This document shows, piece by piece, positions 26,349 to 35,827 of a stretch of 58,903 bases of DNA (position 1 is the stretch's first letter; every line of letters begins with the position of its first letter). The stretch is from an uncultured Gammaproteobacteria bacterium (GTDB lineage: Bacteria; Patescibacteriota; Microgenomatia; Levybacterales; UBA12049). The notes below the pieces were generated by a model. It saw nothing but the letters and a program-made list of their open reading frames with translations, had not been told where the DNA came from and did no database searches. The DNA is taken from NCBI GenBank assembly GCA_964477485.1, contig CAYZEE010000001.1:1-58903 (forward strand), in the 5' to 3' direction. Both the position numbers and the translations under genes were made by a program.

Positions 26349-27823
26349 TGCACGAAAGAGTAATTCAAAATTTCCTTCCCCCGGAAACAGAAAAACCTCG
26401 CGATAATTGTTCTGTCATAGGAGTTTATTCACCAGCTGGAGATGTAGCGGGTATTGCCCTAGAAGGTTTAATAGAAACTAATCATCGTGGCCAGGAGGGA
26501 TCCGGAATTGCAGTGTCAAACGGATATGAAAATGAAGTGGTTAAGGATTCCGGGCTTGCTGAAGTTGTATTCAAGATAGAACATGATTTGCCAAGCCTGC
26601 CCAATGCTTTTATTGCCGTTGGCCATGACAGATATTCAACTTCCGGTTCTCTTTTGGAATCTCAGCCGTTTGTGGAGGATGGTATCGTGCTTGCTCACAA
26701 TGGGAACCTAACTAACATTGCTGAGCTCAGGGAAGAATTTAACTTGCCTGATGAGATAGCCGGAGCAAGAAGCGATAGCCGCATAGCCCTTGCTGTAATC
26801 AACAAGATGCCCGGTGATGAGGAAGAAAGAATTATCTCCGGTCTTAAAAAATTTGAGGGAGCATATTCTTTTGTATTTTCGACCAAAGATGCTTTATATG
26901 CCAGCAGAGACTCAAAAGGTTTTAGGCCACTGGTAATAGGAAGGATAAAAGATGACGGATATGTCGTTGCATCAGAAACAGTAGCTCTTCGCTCAATGGG
27001 AGCTAGCTTCGATCGCGAGGTTCAAGCGGGGGAAACTGTCCGAATAAATAGTGAAGGATTAAAAACCATATCAATTGACGTAAGAGACGGGAGACTTTCT
27101 CGTTGTTTTTTTGAACTTATTTATCTTTCAAGGCCTGACGGCGTAGTTTTTGGTATACCTGTAATGAAATTTAGAGAAAGAGTAGGAGAAATGCTCGCAA
27201 GACATCTTCCTAAAAATGTAGACATTATAGCTCCCGTTCCTAATTCCGGAAGAGGTGCTTATATGGGGGTAATCAATTACATGCCCGCCAGGCATTCAGG
27301 CGCCAGATTTGCTGAAGTTTTTTACCCTAATCCTTACAGAAACATTGTGAAAGGACAAAGGACTTTTATACGTCCGAATGGAAGAGATAAGGCAGTTACA
27401 GAAAAATATTCAGTTATAGAAGCTAATGTTGAAGATAAAAGTATTGTTCTTGTGGACGATTCAATAGTCAGGGGCTCAATGAGGAGAATGGTTCAAATAT
27501 TGAGATCCCACGGTGCTCGCGCCGTTAGTGCCTTGATTGCTTCTCCTACTATTAGAGAAGGTTGCCATTACGGGGTGGATTTTGGCAATGGTGAACTTTT
27601 AGCGCATAAAATTCCAGACGTTGATAAAATAAAGGAATACCTTGGTCTTGACACTCTTTATTACATAAGTTATGCTGAATCATTGGAGGCGGCTCTAGGG
27701 AATCCTGTTGAAAATGCTCCGGAGGTTTTTGAGGAAAATGGGTTCTGCGGAGCTTGTTTTACGGGAAGATATCCGACATCATTTCAGGGAATCATATCTA
27801 AAGAAGGAGAGGTTAGTGTATGA
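26348..27823 (+). CDS. purF: Amidophosphoribosyltransferase (PurF), Fe-S type
   Basis: The Ntn Cys follows a ~20-aa propeptide (..DNC/SVIGVYS). PRPP loop VLVDDSIVRGS. Cys residues sit at the positions of the B. subtilis-type 4Fe-4S ligands (RCFFELIYLSRPD, EGCHYGVD, CGACFTGRYP). Confidence 0.9.
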   Translation: MHERVIQNFLPPETEKPRDNCSVIGVYSPAGDVAGIALEGLIETNHRGQEGSGIAVSNGYENEVVKDSGLAEVVFKIEHDLPSLPNAFIAVGHDRYSTSGSLLESQPFVEDGIVLAHNGNLTNIAELREEFNLPDEIAGARSDSRIALAVINKMPGDEEERIISGLKKFEGAYSFVFSTKDALYASRDSKGFRPLVIGRIKDDGYVVASETVALRSMGASFDREVQAGETVRINSEGLKTISIDVRDGRLSRCFFELIYLSRPDGVVFGIPVMKFRERVGEMLARHLPKNVDIIAPVPNSGRGAYMGVINYMPARHSGARFAEVFYPNPYRNIVKGQRTFIRPNGRDKAVTEKYSVIEANVEDKSIVLVDDSIVRGSMRRMVQILRSHGARAVSALIASPTIREGCHYGVDFGNGELLAHKIPDVDKIKEYLGLDTLYYISYAESLEAALGNPVENAPEVFEENGFCGACFTGRYPTSFQGIISKEGEVSV

Positions 27824-28281
27824 AAAATAATCAAAAAATTATAATCGGAGCCATTGCTGTTCTTATAATTTTAATAATTGGCGGGGGGGGTTATATTCTT
27901 TCTTCAAAAAAAGCAAAACCCGTAAGCAATATACCCGTTCAGACAGAAGAAGTAATTCCAGCCCTTACTCCAGATTCAATCGGGTTAACCCTTTCGATGT
28001 CTTCGGACAAGAAAAAGGTAATCATGGAAGTTTCAAAAACCGATGATATCGATTCATTGGACTACACACTTTCGTATACTTCAAAAGGAAATGTTCCAAG
28101 AGGAGTTATCGGGCATGTTGACGTTACGACAAAAGGGGAAACTGTTAAGAAAGAAATTATCATGGGAACATGTTCAGATGTTTGCCATTATGATAAGGAC
28201 GTAACTAATATAAAACTGGTTCTTAAGATTACAAAAACAGATGGAAAAGTCTACCAGTCTGAAAAATCCCTCGGACAATAA
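27820..28281 (+). CDS. Membrane-anchored small protein (153 aa), unknown function
   Basis: N-terminal TM segment whose GGGG is encoded by a G8 homopolymer (27883-27890), followed by a beta-rich exported domain. Confidence 0.55.
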   Translation: MKNNQKIIIGAIAVLIILIIGGGGYILSSKKAKPVSNIPVQTEEVIPALTPDSIGLTLSMSSDKKKVIMEVSKTDDIDSLDYTLSYTSKGNVPRGVIGHVDVTTKGETVKKEIIMGTCSDVCHYDKDVTNIKLVLKITKTDGKVYQSEKSLGQ

Positions 28282-28362
28282 CTTCTAAAATTTTATTCCC
28301 ATCAAATTTCCACATATTGTGTTTTGGGTTGTTAAGATACGCTATTTTGGTCATTTTGCTTC

Positions 28363-28391
28363 TTGACATACCGTGATTAAAGGCCCAAAAT
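28363..28391 (+). promoter_or_regulatory. Candidate dcw promoter (TTGACA-17 nt-CAAAAT)
   Basis: TTGACA at 28363-28368 and a weak -10 at 28386-28391, immediately upstream of the MraZ-box repeats. Confidence 0.4.
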
Positions 28392-28396
28392 GGACT

Positions 28397-28425
28397 AAAG
28401 TGGGAAAAAGTGGAACAAAGTGGGA
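28397..28425 (+). promoter_or_regulatory. MraZ operator: three direct AAAGTGG(G/A)A repeats at 10-bp spacing
   Basis: AAAGTGGGA (28397-28405), AAAGTGGAA (28407-28415) and AAAGTGGGA (28417-28425). This matches the known MraZ-box architecture: TGGGN direct repeats with 10-bp periodicity in E. coli, and AAAGTG-type boxes in Mollicutes. Confidence 0.65.
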
Positions 28426-28443
28426 AATAAAGGAGGCAGGAAT

Positions 28444-28896
28444 ATGCTTATCGGGCAATATGAAGGAAAAATCGATAAAAAAGGAAGAATTGCCTTCCCT
28501 AAGAAATTCAGAGAAATTCTTGGGGATAATCTTATTATAACTTTAGGCTATGAAAACTCGCTCATCGCAGTCTCTGAAGAAAACTGGAAATCGCTCTTGG
28601 AGGGAACAGAAGGAAAGCCATTTATCCAATCCGAAACAAGAGAAACACAAAGATTTCTGCTTGGAGGAGCAAGCAATGTTTCGCTTGATAATAAAGGAAG
28701 GTTTATCTTACCTTCTTACCTACGAGGGTTTGCAAAAATTGAAAACGAGATTGTATTCCTAGGTTTACACAGATACGTTGAAATTTGGAATAAGGAAACA
28801 TGGTTTGAGTATAGGCAGAATCTTGAGAAGAATATAGACAGGATTTCACAAAGACTGGTGGAAAAAGAGGATGGCAAAAGAAAAGGCAATGAATAA
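28444..28896 (+). CDS. mraZ: Transcriptional regulator MraZ
   Basis: MLIGQYEGKIDKKGRIAFPKKFR.. plus a second SpoVT/AbrB-like half (LDNKGRFILPSYLR). The ATG at 28444 is preceded by AAGGAGG. The ORF-track start at GTG 28420 lies inside the operator. Confidence 0.9.
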   Translation: MLIGQYEGKIDKKGRIAFPKKFREILGDNLIITLGYENSLIAVSEENWKSLLEGTEGKPFIQSETRETQRFLLGGASNVSLDNKGRFILPSYLRGFAKIENEIVFLGLHRYVEIWNKETWFEYRQNLEKNIDRISQRLVEKEDGKRKGNE

Positions 28897-29803
28897 CTAT
28901 CATACGCCTGTACTTTTAAAAGAGATTATTGATCTTTTACAAATTAAAAAAGGCAAAAAATATATCGACGCAACACTCGGGGGCGCAGGACACGGGTTTG
29001 GAATACTCAAACATGGCGGAATATTACTAGGAATTGACTGTGACCAGGAGGCAATAGATTATACAAGCAGAAAATGGAAAATAAAAGCCGGAAATTGGAA
29101 GATTGAGGAAGAAAATTTAGTTTTAGTTCATGGAAATTTTAAGGATATAGATAAAATCGCTCGTTTAAATAATTTTGAAAAAGTCAGCGGAATAATTTTT
29201 GATTTGGGAGTTTCAAGTCATCAATTTGATACTGAACAAAGAGGTTTTAGCTTTCAAAAAGATAATCCGCTGGATATGAGAATGGATAAAGATCTCGCCG
29301 TTAAAGCAGCGGATCTTGTAAATGTTCTTAAGGAGAAGGAGCTATATGCGTTATTTTCTAAACTGGGTGAAGAGCATCGTGCTCGGTCCATTTCTAACGC
29401 TATTGTTAGGGCCCGTAGAGTAGAAGCTATACAATCAACAAGACAGCTTTCAGGAGTTGTTGAGAGAGCATACGGGTTTAGGATGGGCACGATAACTTCA
29501 GCCCAGAAACAAAACATTAATAAAAGAGTTTTTCAGGCACTTAGAATTGCCGTAAATGACGAACTTAATAATTTAAGAGAAGCGCTGCCGAAAGCAATTA
29601 GGCTTTTGGATAAGAACGGAAGAGTCCTGGTTATAAGTTTTCATTCGCTTGAAGATAGAATTGTAAAACAAGATTTTATCGAATTTAAGAATCAGGGTTT
29701 GGGAGAAATTAAAACCAAAAAACCGATAATTCCAGATCAGGAGGAGATAGAGCGAAACAGGAGAAGCAAAAGCGCAAAACTTAGAGTTTTTGAGAAATAT
29801 TAA
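28871..29803 (+). CDS. rsmH: 16S rRNA (cytosine1402-N4)-methyltransferase RsmH (MraW)
   Basis: YHTPVLLKEIIDLL, DATLGGAGH, FDLGVSSHQFD and SFHSLEDRIVK motifs. The start may instead be ATG 28889 (MNNYHTPVLL). Confidence 0.9.
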   Translation: MAKEKAMNNYHTPVLLKEIIDLLQIKKGKKYIDATLGGAGHGFGILKHGGILLGIDCDQEAIDYTSRKWKIKAGNWKIEEENLVLVHGNFKDIDKIARLNNFEKVSGIIFDLGVSSHQFDTEQRGFSFQKDNPLDMRMDKDLAVKAADLVNVLKEKELYALFSKLGEEHRARSISNAIVRARRVEAIQSTRQLSGVVERAYGFRMGTITSAQKQNINKRVFQALRIAVNDELNNLREALPKAIRLLDKNGRVLVISFHSLEDRIVKQDFIEFKNQGLGEIKTKKPIIPDQEEIERNRRSKSAKLRVFEKY

Positions 29804-29814
29804 GAAGATAAAAT

Positions 29815-30099
29815 ATGAAAAGACCCGCAATACTTATAATAATTTCAATTTTTATAATAATTGTCTTATCGATTATAAAGACTGTTGTTGCAAATAGGCT
29901 GTCGATAGCAGGAATTAACCTCGAGCAGATTCAAAATGAATTAAGCTATTACAAAACACAGAATTTGGTTTTGCGCGAAAAACTTCTTACTGCTTCATCT
30001 TTGACGAAGATTGCTTCAGAAGCAGCGCTTTTAGGATTTGTTGAAGGCGGTTCGCAAATTTCCTTGACAAAACCTTTGCCTTTGGCTATAAAACAATGA
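29815..30099 (+). CDS. ftsL: FtsL-like small bitopic division protein
   Basis: 94 aa with a single N-terminal TM segment and then a coiled-coil-like segment. Canonical position between rsmH and ftsI. Confidence 0.6.
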   Translation: MKRPAILIIISIFIIIVLSIIKTVVANRLSIAGINLEQIQNELSYYKTQNLVLREKLLTASSLTKIASEAALLGFVEGGSQISLTKPLPLAIKQ

Positions 30100-30142
30100 C
30101 CTTTCGATACAGACTTAGGGTCATGCCGAGTTTTTCGAATTT

Positions 30143-31828
30143 ATGATATGGAGATATCGAATCACTCTTTTTATTCTCGCTCTCGCATTTTTAATTATCA
30201 TTGGCCGACTGTTCTACTGGCAGATTGTAAAAGCACAAGAGCTTTCCCTTTTGGCGCAGTCGCAATATGGCGATACACTTAAGATTGTTCCTCAAAGAGG
30301 AGAAATAAAAACATCAGACGGTTTTCCAATCGCCACAGATAAGATTTCATTTCTTCTTTTTGCAAATCCGAAGGAAATAAGGGACAAAAAAGATACGATT
30401 GAAAAACTACAAAGCGTTACTAATATTGACACTGCTTCCGTAAGCGCTCAACTTTCTCTTGATCGGTTCTGGGTTCCTCTGAAGTCAGATTTAAGTTTTG
30501 AAGAAGAAAAAAATATTGAAAAGCTTAAGCTCTCAGGTATCGGATTTGAAAAACAATATACCCGTTTTTACCCGGAAGCTTCAATGGCTGCCCAACTTTT
30601 AGGGTTTGTCGGAAAAGATGAGGCTGGAGAAGATAAAGGATATTTTGGATTAGAGGGATATTACGACAGACTTCTTCGAGGCAAGACCGGTGAGGCTATA
30701 CAAATTCACGATGCTCAGGGTCGGCCGATTCTTGCAGCAACAACCTACAATACAGGTGCAGTTGATGGAAGCAATCTAATTCTAGGCATTAACAGATCAA
30801 TACAGTTTCTCGTAGAGGAAAAGCTAAAAGAAGGCATAAAGAAGTATGGAGCATCATCAGGCATGATAGGAATTATGGATCCAAAAACCGGCAATATTCT
30901 TGCGATGGCATCTTTCCCCTCATTTTCGCCTGACTCTTATCAAGACTATACGCAAAATCTTTACAAAAATCCTTTTATTTCTAATCTTTACGAACCTGGT
31001 TCGACTTTTAAGCCTCTTGTTATGTCCGCAGCCTTAAACAGCAAACTTGTTAAACCGGAAACAAAATGCCCAATATGCGCAGGACCAGCATCAATAGGAG
31101 GATACGAAATTCATACATGGGACAATAAATATTTTAAAAATGAAGACATGACGGAAATAATTCAACATTCTGATAATGTAGGAATGGTTTACGTTGCCCA
31201 AAGATTAGGAACTCAGCGGATGATTGAATATCTAAACCGCTTTGGTATAGGTAGCGCTACTGGGATTGATCTTCAAGGAGAAACATTTGCTCCATTGCCG
31301 CCATCAAATTTTTGGTATCCTGTAGATTTAGCCACTAAAGGTTTTGGGCAGGGCATTTCGGTAACGCCTATAGAGCTTCTTGACGCGTTCTCTGCGATCG
31401 CAAATAAAGGCGTAAAGATGGAGCCGCATATCGTCTCAGCGGTTCAATCTCCGGACGGAACCATTATTAAAATACCTCCAAAAGTTTTAGATACTCCAAT
31501 AAGCGATGAGACTGCAAAAGTAATGACAGAAATTTTGGTAAATGCAGTAGATAAAGGAGAAGCAGCTTTTGCGCGACTTAAAGGATACAGGATTGCCGGA
31601 AAGACCGGGACTGCGTCAATTCCGATTAAAGGACACTATGATCCTACTCATACTATTGCCTCGTTTATTGGATTTGCTCCGGCTGATGATCCAAAATTTG
31701 CGATGCTTGTAATTTTGGATAGACCAACAGCATCAATCTATGGAGCAGAAACCGCAGCTCCAATATTTTTTGATATCGCCCGCGACCTTCTAATTTATTA
31801 CGGAGTGCCCCTGCAGGAGGGAGATTAA
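30143..31828 (+). CDS. ftsI: Class B penicillin-binding protein (FtsI/PBP2-type transpeptidase)
   Basis: N-terminal TM segment and dimerisation domain. Transpeptidase motifs STFKP (SXXK), HSDN (SXN) and KTGT. Confidence 0.88.
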   Translation: MIWRYRITLFILALAFLIIIGRLFYWQIVKAQELSLLAQSQYGDTLKIVPQRGEIKTSDGFPIATDKISFLLFANPKEIRDKKDTIEKLQSVTNIDTASVSAQLSLDRFWVPLKSDLSFEEEKNIEKLKLSGIGFEKQYTRFYPEASMAAQLLGFVGKDEAGEDKGYFGLEGYYDRLLRGKTGEAIQIHDAQGRPILAATTYNTGAVDGSNLILGINRSIQFLVEEKLKEGIKKYGASSGMIGIMDPKTGNILAMASFPSFSPDSYQDYTQNLYKNPFISNLYEPGSTFKPLVMSAALNSKLVKPETKCPICAGPASIGGYEIHTWDNKYFKNEDMTEIIQHSDNVGMVYVAQRLGTQRMIEYLNRFGIGSATGIDLQGETFAPLPPSNFWYPVDLATKGFGQGISVTPIELLDAFSAIANKGVKMEPHIVSAVQSPDGTIIKIPPKVLDTPISDETAKVMTEILVNAVDKGEAAFARLKGYRIAGKTGTASIPIKGHYDPTHTIASFIGFAPADDPKFAMLVILDRPTASIYGAETAAPIFFDIARDLLIYYGVPLQEGD

Positions 31829-31867
31829 TTAGCCTCATATAATTAGATTTTACGATCTCAAAAGAGG

Positions 31868-31873
31868 TATAAT
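31868..31873 (+). promoter_or_regulatory. TATAAT box 7 nt upstream of murE ATG (possible internal leaderless promoter)
   Basis: ggTATAAT aaagatt ATG. The -35 is poor. Confidence 0.3.
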
Positions 31874-31880
31874 AAAGATT

Positions 31881-33089
31881 ATGTGGCAAGATACAAAGAA
31901 TATTTATCATCTGTTTATTGCCATGCTGGCGAATGTAAGATATGGGTTCTTGTCCAAACATCTAACGGTTATTGGCGTTACCGGCACAGACGGAAAAACA
32001 ACCACGGTTTCACTTATCTACCATATTCTTAAAAGTTCAGGAAAAAGAGTATCTATGATTTCGACATTGGGGGCAGTTATTGACGGACAGAACTATCCTT
32101 TGCCGTTCCATGTTACAACTCCGTCATCTTTTGCTGTTCAAAAGTTTTTGAAAAAAATAATTAAAAACGCAGACTATCTTGTCTTGGAAGTTACCTCTCA
32201 TGCACTGGATCAATACAGAACTTGGGGAATAAATTTTGAAGTAGGTGTTTTGACCAATGCTACCCATGAACATTTGGATTATCATAAAACCTACAAAGAA
32301 TATGTCAAAACAAAATTAAGACTTATTAAAATAGCAAAGACAGGGGTTGTTAACATGGACGATGATTCCTATAACATTATTTTAAATCTTAAATCTAAAA
32401 AAATAGAATCAAAAATTAAGAACCAAAAGTTAATTACTTACGGAATTAGGGAAGATGCAAATATAACTCCAGAAAAATTTACTTTTAAGACCAATCTCTT
32501 GGGAGAGTTTAACAGATATAATATTCTTGCTGCGACCGCAGCTTGCAGGGAGCTTGGCATAAAAGATGAAGATATTAAACAGGTTATTACTTCATTTAAT
32601 CCGCCGCAGGGAAGACAGGAACTTGTGCATGATGGAGAATTTCAGGTAATTATTGATTTCGCGCATACGCCTAATGCTTTTGAAAAAATTCTAAGTACAA
32701 TTAGGCCTGAAACAAAAGGTAATCTTATACATGTTTTTGGAAGCGCAGGGGAAAGAGACGTGACCAAGCGCCCTAAGATGGGAGAGATATCCGGAGAATA
32801 TTCGGATATTATTATTTTGACCTCTGAAGATCCACGCTCTGAATCGGTTTCAAAAATTATTAATGATATAATGTCGGGAATTCAGAATTCTGAATTAAGA
32901 ACCCAAAATGAGACACTTATTGGAATTCCAAATAGACAAGATGCCATAAACAAAGCAATCTCAATGGCAAAAAAAGGAGACGTTGTTCTTATTACCGGCA
33001 AGGCGCATGAAAAATCCATGAATTATGGACATGGCGAAGAACCGTGGGATGAGTATGAAGCGGTAGAGAAAGCTTTGGCATTGAGATAA
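31881..33089 (+). CDS. murE: Mur ligase, MurE-like (UDP-MurNAc-L-Ala-D-Glu:diamino acid ligase), lacking the usual N-terminal domain
   Basis: P-loop VIGVTGTDGKTTT at residues ~31-43, DFAHTPNAFEKIL, and a C-terminal TSEDPRSE where DNPR usually sits. Only 402 aa. Contains a degenerate heptamer array at 32383-32431. Confidence 0.72.
   Translation: MWQDTKNIYHLFIAMLANVRYGFLSKHLTVIGVTGTDGKTTTVSLIYHILKSSGKRVSMISTLGAVIDGQNYPLPFHVTTPSSFAVQKFLKKIIKNADYLVLEVTSHALDQYRTWGINFEVGVLTNATHEHLDYHKTYKEYVKTKLRLIKIAKTGVVNMDDDSYNIILNLKSKKIESKIKNQKLITYGIREDANITPEKFTFKTNLLGEFNRYNILAATAACRELGIKDEDIKQVITSFNPPQGRQELVHDGEFQVIIDFAHTPNAFEKILSTIRPETKGNLIHVFGSAGERDVTKRPKMGEISGEYSDIIILTSEDPRSESVSKIINDIMSGIQNSELRTQNETLIGIPNRQDAINKAISMAKKGDVVLITGKAHEKSMNYGHGEEPWDEYEAVEKALALR
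32383..32431. repeat. Degenerate heptanucleotide array (TAAATCT x2, then 5 degenerate units), in frame
   Basis: Read directly: taaatct taaatct aaaaaaa tagaatc aaaaatt aagaacc aaaagtt. Encodes LNLKSKKIESKIKNQKL. Confidence 0.7.
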
Positions 33090-33103
33090 TTAGAAAATAG
33101 CAA

Positions 33104-34516
33104 ATGAAAAAAATTAAGTCGATTCATTTTGTAGGTGTTAAGGGGGTTGGAGTTGCACCACTGGCAGTTATAGCAAAAGAAGCAGGATTTAGCGTTTCAG
33201 GGTCTGATATAGAAGATGAGTTTATTACCGAAGGTTCCTTGGAGAAAGCAAATATTAAGCCTCTTATTGGGTTTTTCAAAGAACACATAAAAAACCCTGA
33301 TCTTGTTGTGACAACAGGAGCGCATGGAGGATTTGAGAATATAGAAGTAGTTGAGGCAAAAAGAAGAGGGATACCTGTTCTTACGCAAGGACAGGCAGTG
33401 GGAGAATTTATGAAAGGAGAAATCCTTGGAAGAAGTTTTTCGGGAGTTTCGGTTGCCGGCTGTCATGGAAAAACTACAACAACAGCGATGCTCGCCACTA
33501 TTTTAAAATACGCAAGTTATGACCCTTCATATGTCGTCGGTACAGGCGAAGTTGCCTGCCTGGGGTCTTGTGGGCATTTAGGAGTTGGTAAGTATTTTAT
33601 CTCGGAAGCAGATGAATACGCCACAGAGCCTAAATTTGACAAAACTCCCAAATTTTTATGGCAACATCCAATACTTACAGTCTTCACGAATATTGAATTT
33701 GACCATCCGGATATTTATGAGTCTATCGATCAAATGAGGAATTATTTTTTATCGTTTGCAAATCAATTACCGGAAAATGGCACTCTTGTCGCATGCGGTG
33801 ATGATGCCCAAATTAAGAAACTCATTCAAGATTACAGAAGAAGCTTAACTACTTTCGGATTTTCGCCCGGTAACGACTTTGTGCTTGAAAAAGTTAGGGC
33901 TTCAGATAGAAAAACTTTTTTTTGGATAAAAAATCATGACATGGCGCTTGGAGAGTTTTCCATTGAAACTCTTGGAGATTTTAATGCCCTTAATGCCCTA
34001 GGAGCAATTGTTGGAGCTTTAGAGCTTGGTTTGCCACTTAATAAAATAAAAAATTCTATATCTCATTTTACCGGGTCAAAAAGAAGGTTTGAATATATTG
34101 GAAAGCTTGCAACGGGAGCTGTCCTCTATGATGACTATGCGCATCATCCAACGGAAATAAGAAAGACCCTTCAGGCGTTTCGTCAGAATTTTAAAAACTC
34201 AAAAATAGTTTGTATTTTCCAACCTCATACATACTCAAGAACAAGAGCATTGTGGAATGATTTCATTTATTCATTTTCAGATGCCAACACTCTTGTTCTA
34301 ACTGATATTTACCCCTCTCTTAGAGAGGTTAAGGATTCTAGTGTTTCTTCTGAACTTTTGGCTGGAAAAATATCAGTTCTTCATAAGGATGTAGTTTTTT
34401 TGCCAAAGCTTTCCGATGTGGTAGAATATATCGAACAAAAAGGCTATGGGCAAGATACGATTGTTGTTACTATGGGAGCAGGAGACGTATACGCGATATG
34501 GAAAAATTTATTATAA
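33104..34516 (+). CDS. murC: UDP-N-acetylmuramate--L-alanine ligase
   Basis: IHFVGVKGVGVAPLAVIAKEAGFSVSGSD, GCHGKTTTTAML and DDYAHHPTEI motifs. Confidence 0.88.
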   Translation: MKKIKSIHFVGVKGVGVAPLAVIAKEAGFSVSGSDIEDEFITEGSLEKANIKPLIGFFKEHIKNPDLVVTTGAHGGFENIEVVEAKRRGIPVLTQGQAVGEFMKGEILGRSFSGVSVAGCHGKTTTTAMLATILKYASYDPSYVVGTGEVACLGSCGHLGVGKYFISEADEYATEPKFDKTPKFLWQHPILTVFTNIEFDHPDIYESIDQMRNYFLSFANQLPENGTLVACGDDAQIKKLIQDYRRSLTTFGFSPGNDFVLEKVRASDRKTFFWIKNHDMALGEFSIETLGDFNALNALGAIVGALELGLPLNKIKNSISHFTGSKRRFEYIGKLATGAVLYDDYAHHPTEIRKTLQAFRQNFKNSKIVCIFQPHTYSRTRALWNDFIYSFSDANTLVLTDIYPSLREVKDSSVSSELLAGKISVLHKDVVFLPKLSDVVEYIEQKGYGQDTIVVTMGAGDVYAIWKNLL

Positions 34517-35826
34517 ACGGGGGTAAAAAATTAAAAGGAGAAGTTTCGGTTTCGGGGTCTAAGAATGTTGCTCTTAAGGCGCTGGTAGCAGCGTGTTTAA
34601 CTGGAGAACCAGTGATTATTGAAAATATTCCTCTGATTTCAGACTTTATGACAATGGTGGAGATTATTAGAGAACTGGGGGGCACTGTAAGAATATATGA
34701 TCATAAGGCGACTGTCGTGGCCGAAAATATAAAGAACACTCAGATTCCTTTGGATAAAGCCGCAAGCGTTCGGACATCAGCGATGTTTTTATCTCCTCTT
34801 TTGGCTCGTAAAGGAAGGGCAATTATCCCAAATCCCGGAGGATGCAGGATTGGCGCACGTCCTATTGACAGGATAGTTTCAGGTCTTAGAAAAATGGGAA
34901 TTAGAGTGAATTACAACAGCAGAGATGGATTTTTCCATATGGATACAAGCGGGATTAAGGGAACTACCTATAGATTCAATAAAAATACTCATACAGGCAC
35001 TGAGACTTTAATCTTAACCGCAGTTTTGGCTCACGGAAGAACTATTCTTGAAAATGCGGCGGCGGAACCCGAAGTGGATGATTTGATAAATTTCCTGAAC
35101 TTAATGGGAGCTAGGGTTAAACGTGGTTCTATGCGTACTATAGTTATCAACGGAGTTTCTAAGCTCCACGGCGCGACATTTAAGATACCGCCTGATAGAA
35201 ATGAAATTGTTACGCTGGCTGTTGCAGCAGTTGTAACAAAAGGAAATATTTTAATAAAAGACATAACAGAAAAAGGGATAGAAGAATTTCTAGAGATGCT
35301 TAACGCCTGTGGAGGAGGATTTAAAAAAGAGAAAAACGGAATCAGATTTTTTTACAAAACTCCTCTTTACGCAACCAGCATTACAACGTCTTTTTATCCT
35401 GGTTTTATGACAGACTGGCAGGGACCCTGGGCTGTTATTGCGACCACTGCTAAGGGTATTTCTGTCATTCATGAAACAGTTTACGAAAATAGGTTTTCAT
35501 ATGTCGAGGAGCTTATAAAAATGGGTGCTAAAATAAAACTGTTTAATCCTAAAATAGATAGTCCTGAAAAAGTTTATAATTTTAATTACCAGGACAATAA
35601 ACCGGAATACAAACATGCTGTCAGAATATATGGTCCTGTCAAACTTCATAATGCGGTTCTGGCAATTTCGGATCTTCGCGCAGGAGCAACGCTCGTTCTT
35701 GCAGCTCTTGTGTCGGATGGAGAAAGCACAATATTTGGCATAGAGCACTTAGATAGGGGCTATGAAAAGTTTGAGAAGAGATTAGAAAAATTAGGGGCAT
35801 CTATAGTAAGAAAGAACGAGGAATAA
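34498..35826 (+). CDS. murA: UDP-N-acetylglucosamine 1-carboxyvinyltransferase
   Basis: SGSKNVALKALVAACL, the active-site loop PGGCRIGARPID (Cys present) and DLRAGATLVLAAL. Confidence 0.92.
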   Translation: MEKFIINGGKKLKGEVSVSGSKNVALKALVAACLTGEPVIIENIPLISDFMTMVEIIRELGGTVRIYDHKATVVAENIKNTQIPLDKAASVRTSAMFLSPLLARKGRAIIPNPGGCRIGARPIDRIVSGLRKMGIRVNYNSRDGFFHMDTSGIKGTTYRFNKNTHTGTETLILTAVLAHGRTILENAAAEPEVDDLINFLNLMGARVKRGSMRTIVINGVSKLHGATFKIPPDRNEIVTLAVAAVVTKGNILIKDITEKGIEEFLEMLNACGGGFKKEKNGIRFFYKTPLYATSITTSFYPGFMTDWQGPWAVIATTAKGISVIHETVYENRFSYVEELIKMGAKIKLFNPKIDSPEKVYNFNYQDNKPEYKHAVRIYGPVKLHNAVLAISDLRAGATLVLAALVSDGESTIFGIEHLDRGYEKFEKRLEKLGASIVRKNEE

Positions 35827-35827
35827 T

